From the NCBI GenBank assembly GCA_000165425.1, contig CT868665.1, positions 62,001 through 126,000 of the forward strand: a stretch of DNA of 64,000 nt, read 5' to 3'. The notes below the pieces were generated by a model, which was not told the DNA's origin, made no database searches, and worked only from the letters and a program-made list of their open reading frames with translations. The position numbers were made by a program, and so were the translations under genes. Below, one piece after another: positions 27,922-43,300 of this stretch. Numbering within the stretch: position 1 is the stretch's first letter; every line of letters starts with the position of its first letter. The DNA comes from Paramecium tetraurelia. Lineage: Eukaryota.

Positions 27922-29736
27922 TCATATATAAGGATGTTTTTGATTTTTGAAATCAACTTATTTGATCAATTCTACATGATGTTGAAATTTCAATTCTAAA
28001 TCTTCTATTTTGTGAATGTAAATTTGAGGATCTTCATCTTAATGAGATTCTAACCATTCTTCCTAACGAGCAAACTCATCCAAAATTAATCTTTTGTAGT
28101 TGTATATCAATGATTCAAATTTATTCTTTGCTTCTTTCTTTTATCGAACTATTTCTTGATTATTCTTTTCCCTCTCAGATTCTTCAATTAATCTCTAGAT
28201 TTCTTCATCTTGAAGAGTGACCGATTCAAATTACACTACAACATTACGTTTTTATTGACCCTCTGTTGATATAACCAATTAATGATTTCCATCAATTAAA
28301 AAAGATATCGTAATTTCTCCTTATTACTCAATATTATCAGTATCTATATTAAAATGTCCTAATTTTCTCTAATTTTCTTTATTATATGAGATATCTCCCT
28401 CATATAGCAAGACTTCTAATTTTTTTTTATACGCCTATTAAATTTTGATCTTTTGTTACCCCATAACTGGAATATGTACATTTTTTTTAATCAGATAATA
28501 CTCATATTAACCATTTATTCCTATTCCTAAATTATAAGGAGTTACATCAATAAGCAACCATTCCCCACATTTTTAAGATTATTTCTTTAGAAGTGCACCC
28601 ATGAATGCAGCCCCTAAAACAGCTGCTTCATCCTTATCTATTGAGTTGTACAACTATTTTCCATTGAAATATTCTTTCAATAATTCCTAAATCTTCGGAA
28701 TTCGAGATGATCCTCCAACCAGAATAATCTAATTTAGGGAATTTTAAGTTAAGCAGCCTTCCTTAAGAACTTCCTCCACATAAGATATGCATCTTTTAAA
28801 TAAGTCTTAACAGATCATTTCAAATGTTTCTCTGGTGATTTGGATACTAAGATTTTTATCCTAAGCAATGAACTCTACCTCAATAGTAGTTTGATTCACA
28901 CTTGATAAGGTTTCTTTAGATTTTTAACATTGAATCTTCAATCTACTCATAGCTCGTGCATTTTATCTTAAATCAATACCATACTATTATTAAAACATCT
29001 AACAACAATGATTTACTAAGAGATTATCGAATTCTTCACCTCCCAAGTTCCTGTTTCCTGATGTTGATGTTATTTCTATTATTGAAAACTCAATATCACC
29101 AGCACTAACTGTTATGGATCCTCCTCCAAGATTGAAAATTAAAATTGTTCTTAGATTTATATTCTAAAGATTCATTCCGTAAGCAAAGTAGGCTGCAGTT
29201 GAATCAATTATGATCCTCAAGATCCTCAAACCAGAGATCAATCCAGCATCCTCAATAGCACGTTTAGAACAGAAATTCAAATTGCAAGAGGTTGTTATGA
29301 CGGCTTAATTAACTTTATGACCTAGATGTATTTCTGCAGCGGTTTTCATTTTACTAAGAATCATTGAACATACTTCTTCTGGATGCAATCTCAATTATTC
29401 CTACTTCTATTAAACAACTATTTTGGGTCTGTCATGTTCATCAGACTCAACTTTGAAGAGTAGATTTTAAATTTCTTCTTGGACAATTTTATCACTAAAT
29501 CTTCTTCCCATCAATCTCATTACATTATATATAGTATTGGTAGGATTTTTAGCTTGTTAATTTAATGCTGCTTCCCCAATTAGTATTTCATTATCTACAA
29601 AGGCCACATATGAAGGAGTAAACTTATTCCCAAATTCATTGGCTATGAGTTCAAATTGATCATTTATCATCACTCCAACTCTGGAGTATTTCAATCCCAA
29701 ATCAATTCCTATTGCTATTTCTGATTATTATTTCAT
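27922..29736 (-). CDS. Divergent Hsp70-family protein with degenerate ATPase motifs
   Basis: 1815 nt, apparently intronless. [41 protein letters not shown]; shortened substrate-binding domain and no EEVD. Confidence 0.88.
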
Positions 29737-29992
29737 TTAATAATTGATATTTATTTTTTAATTATCAAACTATTATATTACAAAAATTGAATTATTAAGG
29801 AAATATCATTTTTCTCTTAAATATATATTTATTAAATTGATGAATTGATGAATTGTTTTTATTTGAATTTCTTCTTTTTAAAAATGAAAATATAGACTTT
29901 CATTAAAATATAAGCACAATTACAATACATTTCACATCAATATAAATCACAATTCAATTATATAAATTTACAATTAATTAAAAACATAGCAA

Positions 29993-30709
29993 ATGGGTAT
30001 TTAATGTTTTAAATGCTAAAATGAAGAATAATAAATTATCACTTAAAGTGATGTTAGTAATTATATTCAATAGAAAAATACGTAAAATTAGCCAAAAAAA
30101 GATGACAAAGCATAAATTAATGATAATATGAGTATATCTTAACACTCATATTTTGGCCCATCGAAATAATAGTACGAATGTTAATGGAATCCAAATATCT
30201 GTATTACTGCAAAGAATGATTCCAATTTAGAGGCTTTTGATGAATCATAAATTTAGACCAATCAAAACATTAGGACAGCCAACCCAGAATAACAACGATA
30301 ACTCATTTCATTCATTTACTCAGATCAGACCATTCCAACTATGCGTTAATTGTTATAAGTGTCAGAACAACTAATTATGGGTAAAATCTGCTAAAAACAT
30401 AAGCACAATTAAAATCATCAAACTAGAACTAAATCAGAGAATGTAATTAATAGAAGATAAAATTTAGAAAAAAACTTTTTAGACTCTAAACTAATTAACA
30501 AAGAATTGAGAAATGAGAAATATAAAATGTTTTCTCATAAAAGTATAAAATAAATTCATCCAAAATATATGTAACATAAAAATAAGGCTCTTCAAATTTT
30601 TATTAATGGTTAAGTGTTACAGAAAAGTTTTACTCCTACTTCTTAACAGTCTATTAGATGTAAATCAATGAGTCCTGCTCCAAATAAAGTTAGACTTTTT
30701 ATGATTTGA
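29993..30709 (+). CDS. Hypothetical protein with N-terminal MG..C..C acylation-like motif
   Basis: 717-nt open frame in the ciliate code, MGIQCFKCQNEE...NKVRLFMI; TGA 30707-30709. Confidence 0.6.
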
Positions 30710-31407
30710 TATTTCGTAAGAATATAAATTCATTAATTAATAATTAAGTATTGTGTCTATTATTATAATATTAAAATTTAATTTTAATATAGGCATTTTA
30801 TATTCTTGATTTATTCAATTTCTTAGTGACCATGATAAATTCTTTAATTGTAACGATTTTTATTTCTTTTACAAATTACTGAGTACTTTATACCAATAGC
30901 TTCTTATAAATCAGATATCTTAAATAAAAAATCTCAAAATCACAATTAAGGAGATCAGGAGTAAATGGACAATGTTTTAGGAAAATTGTATTTATAAATT
31001 ATATTTCATCTAAAATTTTATGAATCATAAGAATATTGTTATAAATTTCTAAATTGAAAAATAAATAACTTGATAGATTAAATGCAAAATATATCTATTA
31101 AAAAATCCTTATTATATGTAAAATTTCATATATCATGTTCATTATAACAACGGCTTAACCTTAAATTATAAGAAATATTAGAATATAAATTGCTTTTAAA
31201 TTACATATTAAAATGTCTCTAGTTTAAGTTGAGAATATTTATTTGTATTATTTTAAATAACCTAGTCAAAAATTATATTAAAATTCATAAATATATATTT
31301 TATTTAACAGATTTATAGTATTTCTAAGATATAAAATTTGCAATTTTTTAATTATCACCTTTTATATCATGCAACATATTTCAATTAATATTTACATTTC
31401 AAAACAA

Positions 31408-34400
31408 ATGTAATTGTTTTCAATACTGTTTCTGATTTTGATGTGAGATTTTTGCAATATATTTAGCTTTGAAGTCAATGCTTAGGATTGTGTCAACAAA
31501 TTTGAAATATTAAAAGGTGCCTATGATTAGATAAGTAATTATGTTGATACAACCAACTATTAAACTTAAGAGGCTTATTCTTATTCATTCTGGATCAAGT
31601 ATGCCAATCTCGATCCAAAATTTAAAATTAATGAAGCTAAAGATGGTTAAAATTGGTGCAGCGGATATACATATATTATTTGGTCGTAAGTCATAGGTTT
31701 TGGATTTTAAAAGACATCTTTGTTAGATTTACACATTTGGAAAGACGTTTGCGAATTCAACTTTTATTATGGTGAAATCGATGCTTATAAACCATTTATA
31801 GTAACGATCTAATAGGATCCATAAATGCTGGATAGTCAATGGATTTATTTTATGATATCATATTTACCAAATGAAAAAAATATAGTTATTTAGAAGAATT
31901 CTGATATTACGATTCTGAATGTTCAAACTATTTATTCAGGAAATGCCTAAACTACATTAGGATGGGATGGAGGTTTTGTATTTTAATTATTTATACTTAG
32001 ATTGTAATTGGGAATTCATTTAAATGGGTCGAAACCTTCCCTGGGTATTTGACTAACTAAGTCTATTATGACAAGTAAAAAATGTCAAATGACATGTAAT
32101 ACCAAGGTTTTTTAAATTGCAAGCCTAAGGAGGTTAGCTAACCCATAAGTAAAATATATGTAGATGGATTATAATAATATAATTCAGGACTTGTGATAGT
32201 GGATAAACTCTTGTTGCTTGGTTCAAAATATTTTATTCATAGTTGGGTAAAGTTGAACCTTGATTAAGTAACTATTACAAATCCACTTTCTTAATTACTA
32301 ATGAGAATAACTATTAATTCATATTACAACGATATTAAATATGAGGGAGACAGGACATTTTATTATAAATATAACATTTATAAATAGGATGTATAAAGTT
32401 CAAACATTTATGTTGAAACCTCTCATTATAAAATACCATTTTAGTGTTACAAATCTAATTCAATACAGGGAGAAGTTAATGACTTTGAGAAATGGTTATA
32501 TGAGGATGAATAGCTCTATAATTTGGTTTAAGAGTGGCACTTTTTTATTTTTGAGCAGGGAGGAGGAGAGAGTTTGGAAGAAAACTCTTGCTTCTATTTA
32601 TATTTAAAGTCTAGGACCTAACCAATAAAGCATTGCTTTGGAAGTGAGAATCAAAGGAATCAATATTCAAATGGATACTATTTCATATATATCGGATAAG
32701 ATGATTTTATCAGTAAGAAATTGGTTGGTTCAATTTCAGACTTTACTATTAAGTACAATTATAATGAAGTATAAGAGACCAAGATGAGTATAAATATCAA
32801 TCATTTTAGTTTGTCATTTCTCATGTTCAACCTGTGATGGACCAACAGCAAACGATTGTCTAAGTTGTGATAGTTAATAAAATCGGCTCTTTGATTCTAT
32901 TAACAGATCATGTGTCTGTTTAAAACACTATATGCAAGTTGAGAAGAATAAGAATTGTCTATCAATCAAGACCATTTTCCCTTTTTCAGAAGAAAATCAA
33001 ATAACTACAATCGATGAAGAGGCTTGTAATTTCGGGTATTTTAAAATCCCTAAAGATGATGGATTTATATGTAAAAAATGGTAATCAATTTAAAATTAAT
33101 TTAGTCCATTTGAAATTATTACTCATATTTATTGTTTAGATTGTTATGAATATCCAAATCAATGGTATTTGAATACTATATGTACTATTGATTTTCTGCA
33201 ACAAGACAGAACTTAGGATCAAGGCTACATCTTATACGAAAGAAGTGAATATGAATATGAAGTCTTTCTACTTGATATTGAAGATAATTTGAAATACTTC
33301 GAGTAATATAAGTACATTTGCAGTGAATCTGATATACGATTAGGATTTAGGAATTGTGTTTAACTCAAAATTCCTAATTTGAAATAAGAAACATTTGTAG
33401 AGTGCACTTCCAATTATTATTATGAGAACGGAGATTGCATTTAATGTCAAACTAATTGCTTACAATGTCAATCCAAAAATTAATGCGATCTTTGCAATTC
33501 ATAATGGTATACCCAGAAAGGAGAATGTTTTCAATGTCCTCTAAATTGCCTTTCATGTTAATACGATGAATAATTATAGGATGTTCTCTGTCAATCTTGC
33601 ACATAGTACAAATTTATTTACTATTAAGAAAATTTACATTAATCAGAGGAACTTGTTAACAATGTGGGAACTATTGTCAGACTTGTATAGAGGATTTCGA
33701 CACTGAGACACAATAATACTTAAATAGATGTTTATAATGCATAGATACTTAAAAATATTATATATCAATAACAGGAAGATATTGTTTAGAAAATACTATT
33801 GAAAATTGCATTTATGCTTACGAATACATTTAAATAGATGATTTAATGATTAGTACTTTGGATTATAAATTTTAAACTAATTCCTAAATTACACCTATAA
33901 TTAGTTGTGCTAGATGCAAAGATTATTTTGGAGTTGATGAAACCAATTAGTGTTAAGACATAACCAATTTTAATTTTAATAATTGTGTGTTTTCAGCTTA
34001 TCTTGATACAATCGAAAATTAGGTTTGTATCATTGGATCAGAAAGTAAGCAATCAAACAAATGTTCTTTAATCACTCTATATTGCTAAACCTGTATATAT
34101 TTGAAATCTGTCGAAAAGAACTTCTGTATTGCTTGTTAGAATGGATATTATGCGGATAGATTAACTGGACTATGTTTTTAATGTCCAAAAACCTTATTCT
34201 GTAGTACATGTTATTAATAAATGAAAACCAATCAAGATTATTGGTTAATCAATATAATGAACTATTATGAGACAATCATCAATAAAGATGGATCACATGT
34301 ATTTCGAACTAATGCTCAAAGTTAATCAACTTCTGATTATGAAGTTGTTTGCTCTGCTTGTATCGATTAGTATTAAATGTAAAATAATCAATGTATCAAA

Positions 34401-37400
34401 CAATGTCCAGAGGATTGTGCTTAATGTATCCTATAAGATAATTAATTCGTTTGTCTTAAATGTATATATGAAAGTTAAGGTCGTATGTTAACTATTTTTA
34501 ATAATCAATGCTTAAGATGTCCCTAAAATTGTAAAGTTTGTAGAAATAGATCTCAAGATGAAATTACTGCACTTAATCCATTTTTTTAGGATGAGGATTA
34601 CGTTTTGTATACAAGGCAGTGCTTAATACCTTCTAATGATTAAGTAGTCTATAATAAAGAGTTTGGCATCTTTCAGGAATGCAATCTTGAAGGCTTTTGT
34701 GAAAATAATATGTTATTTTCAATAAACCTATATTGTGATTTTGAGGAATATAAGAATGCGGAGTAATAAAATCAAGATAATTTATAATTTTAGCAAGGGA
34801 ATATGTATTTAAATGATTTATTTAAAAATGATTTTTCTACCCTATCCAATAATTTGCTCTTTTAATATGCAAATCAAGCTTAAATTTCTTCTATAACTTT
34901 TTCAATCATCAGTAAACAACCCCAAAATTGTATCTTGGGTGAAGATTTCATAATATCATAAAACCTTAAAGAGCATATTTTTACCTTAAAGTATTAAATT
35001 ATATTATTTTAGAACTGTAAATATTGAGATTATCGGCGAAAATCTTTTAACATTTAAATTATCTGGCAATTTGCTATTTGTTAACTTTGAAAATATTTTA
35101 TTATAAAATATTAAGTTTGAGGTTGTTCCTTTTCTCAATTAACAACTGAAAATTCAAACCTAATCATTAACTTATCAAAATATCAAATTTTTAGATTTGA
35201 CGTTTATATCATCAATTGGAACTCTTGGATGTTCAATTTAAATTAATAATGCTTAATAATTACTCATACAAAACATTATATTGCAAAATTATAGATAAGA
35301 TGGACCAAATGCATTTTTAGACATTTATTCTTCAGATTAAAAGGGCTCAACATCAATTTTAGATTTTCAATTAATTAATACAGATATTCGAAATTCTTAT
35401 TTATTTAAATTTCAAACTAAGAAAAAACACATAATAGAATTACAGAATCTATTAATTAGTTCTAATTTATTAGATTCTTAATTTATATTCTGTGCTTTGA
35501 CTTCTGGATGCGGAGAAATAAAGATTTCAAATTTCGAATTTACTGAATCAGTAAGTATTAACTCTTTTATATTTTCACTTTAAAAATTTACTGATTCTGA
35601 ATTAAGTAACCTATTAATCAGGAACATAGAACTAGTGGAGTCTATTTTTATCTAATTTATACAAACGTTTACAATCACAAATTTTATTTTTAGGGATTCA
35701 AGAATACTAAATGCTCTATTATTCAAAAATGATTTGCAAGCAGATCTCTAAAAATCTATTTCCATATTTTCAAATCTTCAACTAATATCAAATTCATACA
35801 ATAAGAAATCAAAATTTATTACAATATATCGATATGCTGCCCAAGAATCATCACTAATAGTGTAAAGAGCCAGTTTTCGAGAAAATAATTTAATAGATGA
35901 ATTAATGACAGAAAATTTAAAATAAATCGATTAATCCCTAATCATTTTGTAAAGTGATTAAATTACACTTAATGATGTAATCATACATCAAGGTAATGGT
36001 TTACCTTTAATATCTTTTATTAACTCATAAATTATTAAAATTAATAATTTATATATTACAACTAGTGATGATACAAAGGATTAAATTCAAAAATAGGAAT
36101 TAAGTATATTATAATTAGGGTTGATTATATAGTTTTTTGCAACTGAATAATTATTAATTGATAATCTGACTGTTGAATCAGTATTATTAAGTAACTACCC
36201 TGTAATCAGTTATGAATCAATTACAACTTCAATATCTTAATAGAATGAACTTTTCTTAATTAAAAATTCTTCTTTTTTTTCAAATATTTTAGTTTATGAT
36301 TCAACAAGAAATAGTGTGAGTCTATTAGAATTAATTTCTGAATAAAATATTGTGGTGAGATTTGAAAATGTTAGTTTTAAGAACAATATTTTATACCATA
36401 AAAATCAAGGTTAAAAGCAGAATTCTGCCACTCTACTTTATTTAGATTGTTAAACCTGTACATATCACTTTACTTTCAACTTATTTATTTCCAATATTGT
36501 ACTAAATGCAAGTGTTAGTATCATCTATGCTAACTCAAAAGAAGTAACTATAATTGGCTCTCTATTTTCAAAAAATGGTGTTTACAACGCAGAAATTAAA
36601 AACTAATTGAAAGTTCTTTCTGTAGAGGTAAACAATAAAATGATCAATTAACAGAGTTCGAATGGAATATTTTATTGTTCTTAGCTTAAAATTTATGATA
36701 CATTATTTGAATATTCGAATGCTATTCTAGCTAGCGGATTTTACTTTTTATCATCATCTTCTGGATATCTTGATGTTAAAAGGACAATTTTTTAACATAA
36801 TTACAATTTTATCTCTAGTGATAATTCATAAGGAGGATCAATATATATAGAAGGCAATAGCAATTAGTATTTAATTAATCTTGAAAATAATATATTTAAA
36901 AATATCTCATCAGTATGTGGTGGAGCCTTGCAAATTTAAAATAGTTTAGGTAAATCGATGATATCCATAAAAAACACAACCATTGAAGATGTTAATTCTT
37001 TATATGGTAGTGTTGTCTATGCGGTTTTCTCATAATAAATTTAAAGCCCAGGTCTGATATCTATTTCCAATCTCATTATTAATAATAGTTTCTCTAGCTA
37101 TTTTAAATTTCAAAAGAATCTAATAGAATCAATACCAAATTAAGCAATCGAGAATCTTTTCTAAAATAGGTCAATGTTTTACTCTGAATATGGAAAACTC
37201 TCGATCAACAATATGTATATCTTACAAGCTCATAAAGAAATAATTATTTTGGATTATTTTATAAAAGGACTAACTCTTTAAAATGTTAATATTAAAAATA
37301 CAAATTATTCTTAATATGGATTAATTTTGATTTATCCTAATTTAGGTAAATACATGTATAAATATTTTAGTTTAAAAGACTGAAATTTCAATAAAGGAGT

Positions 37401-40140
37401 TATCAGTATCTGGATCATTAACATCTGATTTAAATATTTATTCGGATGACTTAATTTTAGGTTTGATCAATATATAAAACCTAAATGAGTAGCAATATAT
37501 AATTATTGATGATATTTAACTCTAAAAAATAAACTGTAGTGTTTGTAAATATGGATTAATAAATATTTATGGGACTGTTACATAGTCAAACTAAATAATG
37601 ATGAGGAGAATAAATTTATAAAACAATTCATGTGGTTTGAGAGGATGCATCAATATATGGACAGAAGATGAGATTTTAGTTGATATAGCAAATATGAATT
37701 AATTAAAAAGTAGGCTACTTTAATAAAAAAATTTGAAATTAAGTTTTCCTTACTCTATCTTAATTGATAATTATCTTTGTATTGGAAATGTAGCTAATTC
37801 TGGAGTTTGTCTAAGGAACAAAGACTATTCGCTTTAACTTAGCTCTTCTTAATTTCTAAATAACAGGGCAACCAATAAAGGAGGAGCTATAGTATTTTAA
37901 GGGAGCAAAGCCATTTTTAAGATATTGAATAGCATAATAGCTAATAATGCTGCCTAAGTTGCTGGAGGAGTTTATTATTCTCAATCATTCTCACAAAATT
38001 ATTCCTACCTTAATTCTTACATTTTGAATAATAGCGCAACATACTATGGAGACGATACGATTGAATTACCTAATAAACTACTAATAAATATTAACAATTA
38101 TTAATATTCAAACAAATAAGTATTCTTCAAAAATCAAATGGTAATAGATTAGGTAGTAATTTTAAACTAACATCAAAACAATTACTCAAATTATTTAATT
38201 ACCAAGTGCACAACTTATATATTTATATTAAAGGTTTGATTGGTAGAATAATGATTATATAATGATGAATTATACTTTACGATTAATACCATATGATTAA
38301 AGGAATAATAGAATAAAGAATTTAACATCAAGCAAATGTACTATTAAAGGAAGATTATATGATTTTAAGAAATTGGAGGAAAGTGAATAAAAGGATTTTA
38401 GTAATAATTTCACAAATTTAAATGAAGTTGTTTATGATAAAACATTGGAAGAATATAATTTTGATCATTTAATTATATATTTTGATCCAGATTTACCTGA
38501 TAATATAGTATTATAATTTGAATTTAAATGTGATTCAATTAGAATACCAATTATAAATGAAGATTAATAATAAATAGATACAATAATTTAATAATCAGAA
38601 GAATATTATTTAAGATTAAATGTTAAAACATTACCTTGTTAAATTGGAGAATTAAAAAATGATGAAGATTACTCTTGTCATCCTTGTGATTACACTTTAG
38701 ATTATTATTCTGTTAATCTAAATTCAAATAAATGTAAAATTAGAGATAATATTTAAATGGAATAAGTAAAGTCAGCATAAATCAAATTAAGACCTGTAAA
38801 TTATTTAATTTTATTATTATTATAGAATTTTTGGAGACCTTATTTCTATGCAGATCTTGTTGAATATTGTTATAATTTTGAACTCAATTGTTTAGGAGGG
38901 TGGAATTATGGAGATTCTTCTTGTTCTTTAGGACATATTGGAGCATTATGTGAATAATGTGATATTTATAATACAAGAGGATATGGATCATATTCAATAA
39001 GTTAAAAATATAAATGTGGATCTTGTGATGATACTGATTCAAATACTTTAATCATTATAGCCATTTCATTATGGTATTTATGAAATTAATATTATAGGAC
39101 TCTCATTTCTATTTCAATATCTGTAAAAAGCACAGTAGAAATCATTAAACAATTAGCCAAAGCATCCAAATTAAAGTAGATTGGTATTATGATAATAGTA
39201 ACAAAAAACAATGCTGTTAATTTCATCAAGATACTTACCAATTATCTTTAAATTATTGCATCTATTAGTACTTTTTANNNNNNNNNNNNNNNNNNNNNNN
39301 NNNNNNNNNNNNNNNNNNNNNNNNNNNNNNNNNNNNNNNNNNNNNNNNNNNNNNNNNNNNNNNNNNNNNNNNNNNNNNNNNNNNNNNNNNNNNNNNNNNN
39401 NNNNNNNNNNNNNNNNNNNNNNNNNNNATTTGTATAATGAATACAAAGAAATTGCATATTATTGGGAAATCATTAAGATAATCTAAAAAGAATTAATTAT
39501 TATTGTACTTACATTTTATTAAGATTAAATTATTGTTAAATCTGTATTAGCCTATGGAATTATCTTTATTTACAATTACTTAACATTATAAATATTCCCA
39601 TATTAATCTATGTAATTAAACATTTTAGATCATTAATCAACCAGAGTTTGTGGTTTTTCTATTGTTTTGGCTATTGGAATATATGGATCATTATAAAGTG
39701 GCATTATCGAAGTTTAAATTCCATTTTATATTATAATGGCAATCATCAATTTTCTATTTTTGGCCAAGCTAATCTTATAAATAATTAAGGCTTATTTTTA
39801 ATAGTTTGAACTTATAATTGATATCATCAGAGATCTTATTAGAACTAAAATCCCATCATTACAATAATATCCATTCTTTTAAAAATTATTAAAAAACCAA
39901 TAATAAACGAGATTAAGAGCTTAAAAGAATTTTAGAAAAATCAAAGTCTCTGTCATATTAATGTCAAGATAAATTCTTCAAAATAAAAAAGTCAACAATA
40001 ATAACAATACTTAAGAAAGAAAAGGAACATTTATATTTTAGACTAATCTTACCCATTCTTTAGATAAAGTATTATTTTCAGAATAATCATCTAATAGACT
40101 AAACAAGAATATTGCAGAAAAATAAAAATTGATAGAATGA
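31408..40140 (+). CDS. Giant surface protein A: signal peptide, N-terminal domain, furin-like CxxC repeats, beta-helix-like region, C-terminal multi-TM domain
   Basis: MQLFSILFLILIFEVNAQ; CHFSCSTCDGPTANDCLSC; many CxxC pairs; NNxA..GGA beta-helix motifs; CSLGHIGALCEQCD; TM region with YYWEIIKI. Interrupted by the N gap; one apparent frame problem near 38195; TGA 40138-40140. Confidence 0.8.
38234..40031 (+). repeat. Copy 1 of near-identical C-terminal block (pairs with 45991-48144)
   Basis: Direct visual alignment from GTTTGATTGGTAGAATAATG to AAAGGAACATT, with only scattered substitutions. Confidence 0.92.
39278..39427. other. Assembly gap (150 N)
   Basis: Run of N inside the duplicated block. 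Confidence 1.
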
Positions 40141-40306
40141 ATTCAATTTATAAAAAACTTAATATCTTAGGCATCTAAATCAATTCTCTTGATTAAATTT
40201 CTTCTCTTCTTTATTACATATCTATAAATAATTATATATCCAGATTATTTAAAAAAAAGTTCTTATTTAATTAAATTATAAATCAAAATCTTAAATTTAA
40301 AACAGG

Positions 40307-43300
40307 ATGTAACAACATCTGATCTTTATTTTTTTATGGATAAGGTAATAATAGCTTGTTAATATTAAAGAGTACTAAGCTAATTTGATGAATTTCCAAA
40401 CCACTTATTTAATAGCGATAGAAAATAGAAAAGATTACTCTAATCAGAATGCCATTATTCCTGTTAAGAATGTGATGGATCTACTGAATAAGATTGTTTA
40501 TCTTGTAATTCAGGAGTTGGCCGATATTATGATTCAATAAAAAGAATATGTTATTGCGAGAATAATCTTTTTGATGTTGGACTTTAAGAATGCTAAACTT
40601 TCGTTGATGCAGTTCCCTCTGGAGAATTAAATTAAGAAAACTATCAAAATGAAGGATTTTGTAAATTTGGACAATTTAAAGTTCTGTTAGAAAACAATAC
40701 AATCGTTTGTTTAAATTGGTACTTAATCAATATATGTTCAGTCCAAAGTCATTAAATGGCAATATCAATTGTTTAGACTGCTATCTTAATCCAGATCTCT
40801 GGTATAAGGAGCCTAGATGCACTTCGGATTTTATAAGGCTCAAAGTAGATGAAAATTATGGTTATTTGATGTAAATAAGAGAGGAAATCGATTTTGAGAC
40901 ATACTTTATAACTGAAACATTTTCTTTGATATCAAATCCCTACTATTAAAAACTATGTTCAGAATAAGATTTGATTCTAGAGGTATTAGATTGCAAACTG
41001 ATGAATTAAAAACATTTAGATAAGGAAATATATGCTGTATGCAAAGATAATTCCTTTTACACATCTAACACTTGCATTTTATGCCCAATGTTTTGTTTAA
41101 GGTGTAATAAAAATGAATGCATAGATTGTATTAATCACTCATACTTATAAAATGGTGTATGTTTTGAATGTCCTTAAGAATGTAAAGAATGTGAATATAA
41201 TTATGATTTGAATATTGTATAATGCAATTTATGCTATGAGTAATTATTACTTTTAATTAGGTATTCTGGATTAGTTTAAGGAAAATGCATAGAGTGCGGA
41301 TTAAATTGTGTTTCATGTATGTTTTGGAAATTTTATGATGAAGATTATGGAATTTGGGTACAATAGCTCAGATGTATTTAATGCGTTGATCCTTCCAAAT
41401 ACTTTCTCTCATTCAACGGTCTTGATTGTTTAGAAAACATGCTTCAAAATTGCCTATATGCATATCAAACAGATGACCTTTTCTTTTATTATATGACAAC
41501 TTATGATTATAAATTTAAAAGCTTTTCAGATATTTTATCTGGATGTGCTAGATGCAAAGAAGGGTATGACGTAGATTATAAAGGAAAATGTGTTCCTTCA
41601 GAAGACGCAAATGGTCCTTGCTTGTTTATTTACAGAAATTATTATGATGAAAATTTATGTCTAATAAGTGATTAGCAAGGGAGTATACAGAACAACCAAT
41701 GTTCTGAGATCATTTCAAATTGTTAGAAATGTATATTAGAGTCTTGGACTTACAAATTACTTTGTATTCAATGTCAACCTGGGTACTATGCTCATAGATT
41801 ATTCGGTTATTGTATATAATGTCCTGAAGAATTGAATTGTTAAGTGTGCTATCAATAGTAAACTCTCTTTTAAGATAGTTGGGTAGTAAATATCCGAAGC
41901 TTTTATGAAGGTGCTATTGATGCTGTGTATGTTTAAACGGAGACCACAATTCCAAAAACTTTTAGAACATATGCATAAAGCTAGAATATTAGCGATTATG
42001 AGGTTTCGTGCGAATTATGTTTCGATGGATTTTAGCTTTATAATAATATTTGCATTGTAAAATGTCCATAGGATTGCTTGGAATGCAAAATTGAGAATAA
42101 TTAAAACATCTGTATAAGATGTTAAAATGATTAATATGGAAAAGTATAATCCTTAGTTAACAATAAATGCTTGTCCTGCCCTTCAAACTGTGAATTATGT
42201 ATACCAAGGAGTCTTGAGGAAATTAATAAGTTAAATCCTTATTTTGAAGATTAAAAATATGATAATTTTGCTAACCGATGTGTAAAAAGCTCTAATCAAT
42301 AAACATTTGCTTATTATCCTGACTATGGATATTTTATTAATTGCGAAACTAAAGATACTTTATGTTAAAATGTTTTGGCAATTACTCTAAAGTTGTATTG
42401 CAATCAAGAGTAATATAATTAAGATTTAGAGCTTTCATCTGATACTTTGGAAAAAAGGAATACATTTTTGAAAACCACATTATTATTAGATGATCTTCTT
42501 ATTAATTCGTTTTAATATTTCGAAACTGATTGGTTTTACTCTTTATTGAACATTAAATAAATAAAGATACTTAAAATAATAATTTAAACACAACTGAAAT
42601 AGGATTGTTATATAAAAAATAAGGTGACAATTGCTTAAATTTTTCGAATGCATGTATTCTCCTTAAGGTATTAAGTATATTACTATTTAGTTCTGTAAAT
42701 CTTGAATTTATTGGGGCTCAGGATGCTACTTTTTATATCTTTGACACTTTAGAGTTTCACAACTTTACAAGCATATCTTTTGATGCAATAAACTTTGGTT
42801 TCAAGACATCACCGATTATACATCAATAAAATTTTAAGTTTCTAAGTATTTTGCAATAGACAATACTATTTAAAAATTTATAAATTATTTAGGAGGCTAA
42901 ATAGATTTAAGATATAAATATTTAATTTAATAACATCGAATTAATTTATATTTTAGATGTGTAAGTCTTAAATCTAAACCTGAATTCTACAAATGGATTA
43001 TTTTAATTTACATAACCAGATTAAACGAATACAGGAGTAATTAAGTTTGAAAACTTAGATATTTAATCAACAAATTTAATCAATTCTACTCTAATATCTT
43101 ATGAGATTACCAATTCATTTATAATTTATTTAGAGAACATCTCAGTTAATTTAAATTTAACAAATTCAGAATTTTTTGCATGCAAATAAGTGATTAGTTT
43201 CGGAAATTTAATCATAAACAAATTGGAACTTACTAATTCTGTAATTAAAAATTCTTCGTGCTTGATTTAGGGAAATTTCATCAAACTAATTGATATAAAT

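Noticed and set aside
39171..39486. ORFs containing long X runs
   Set aside because: Artefacts of the N gap.
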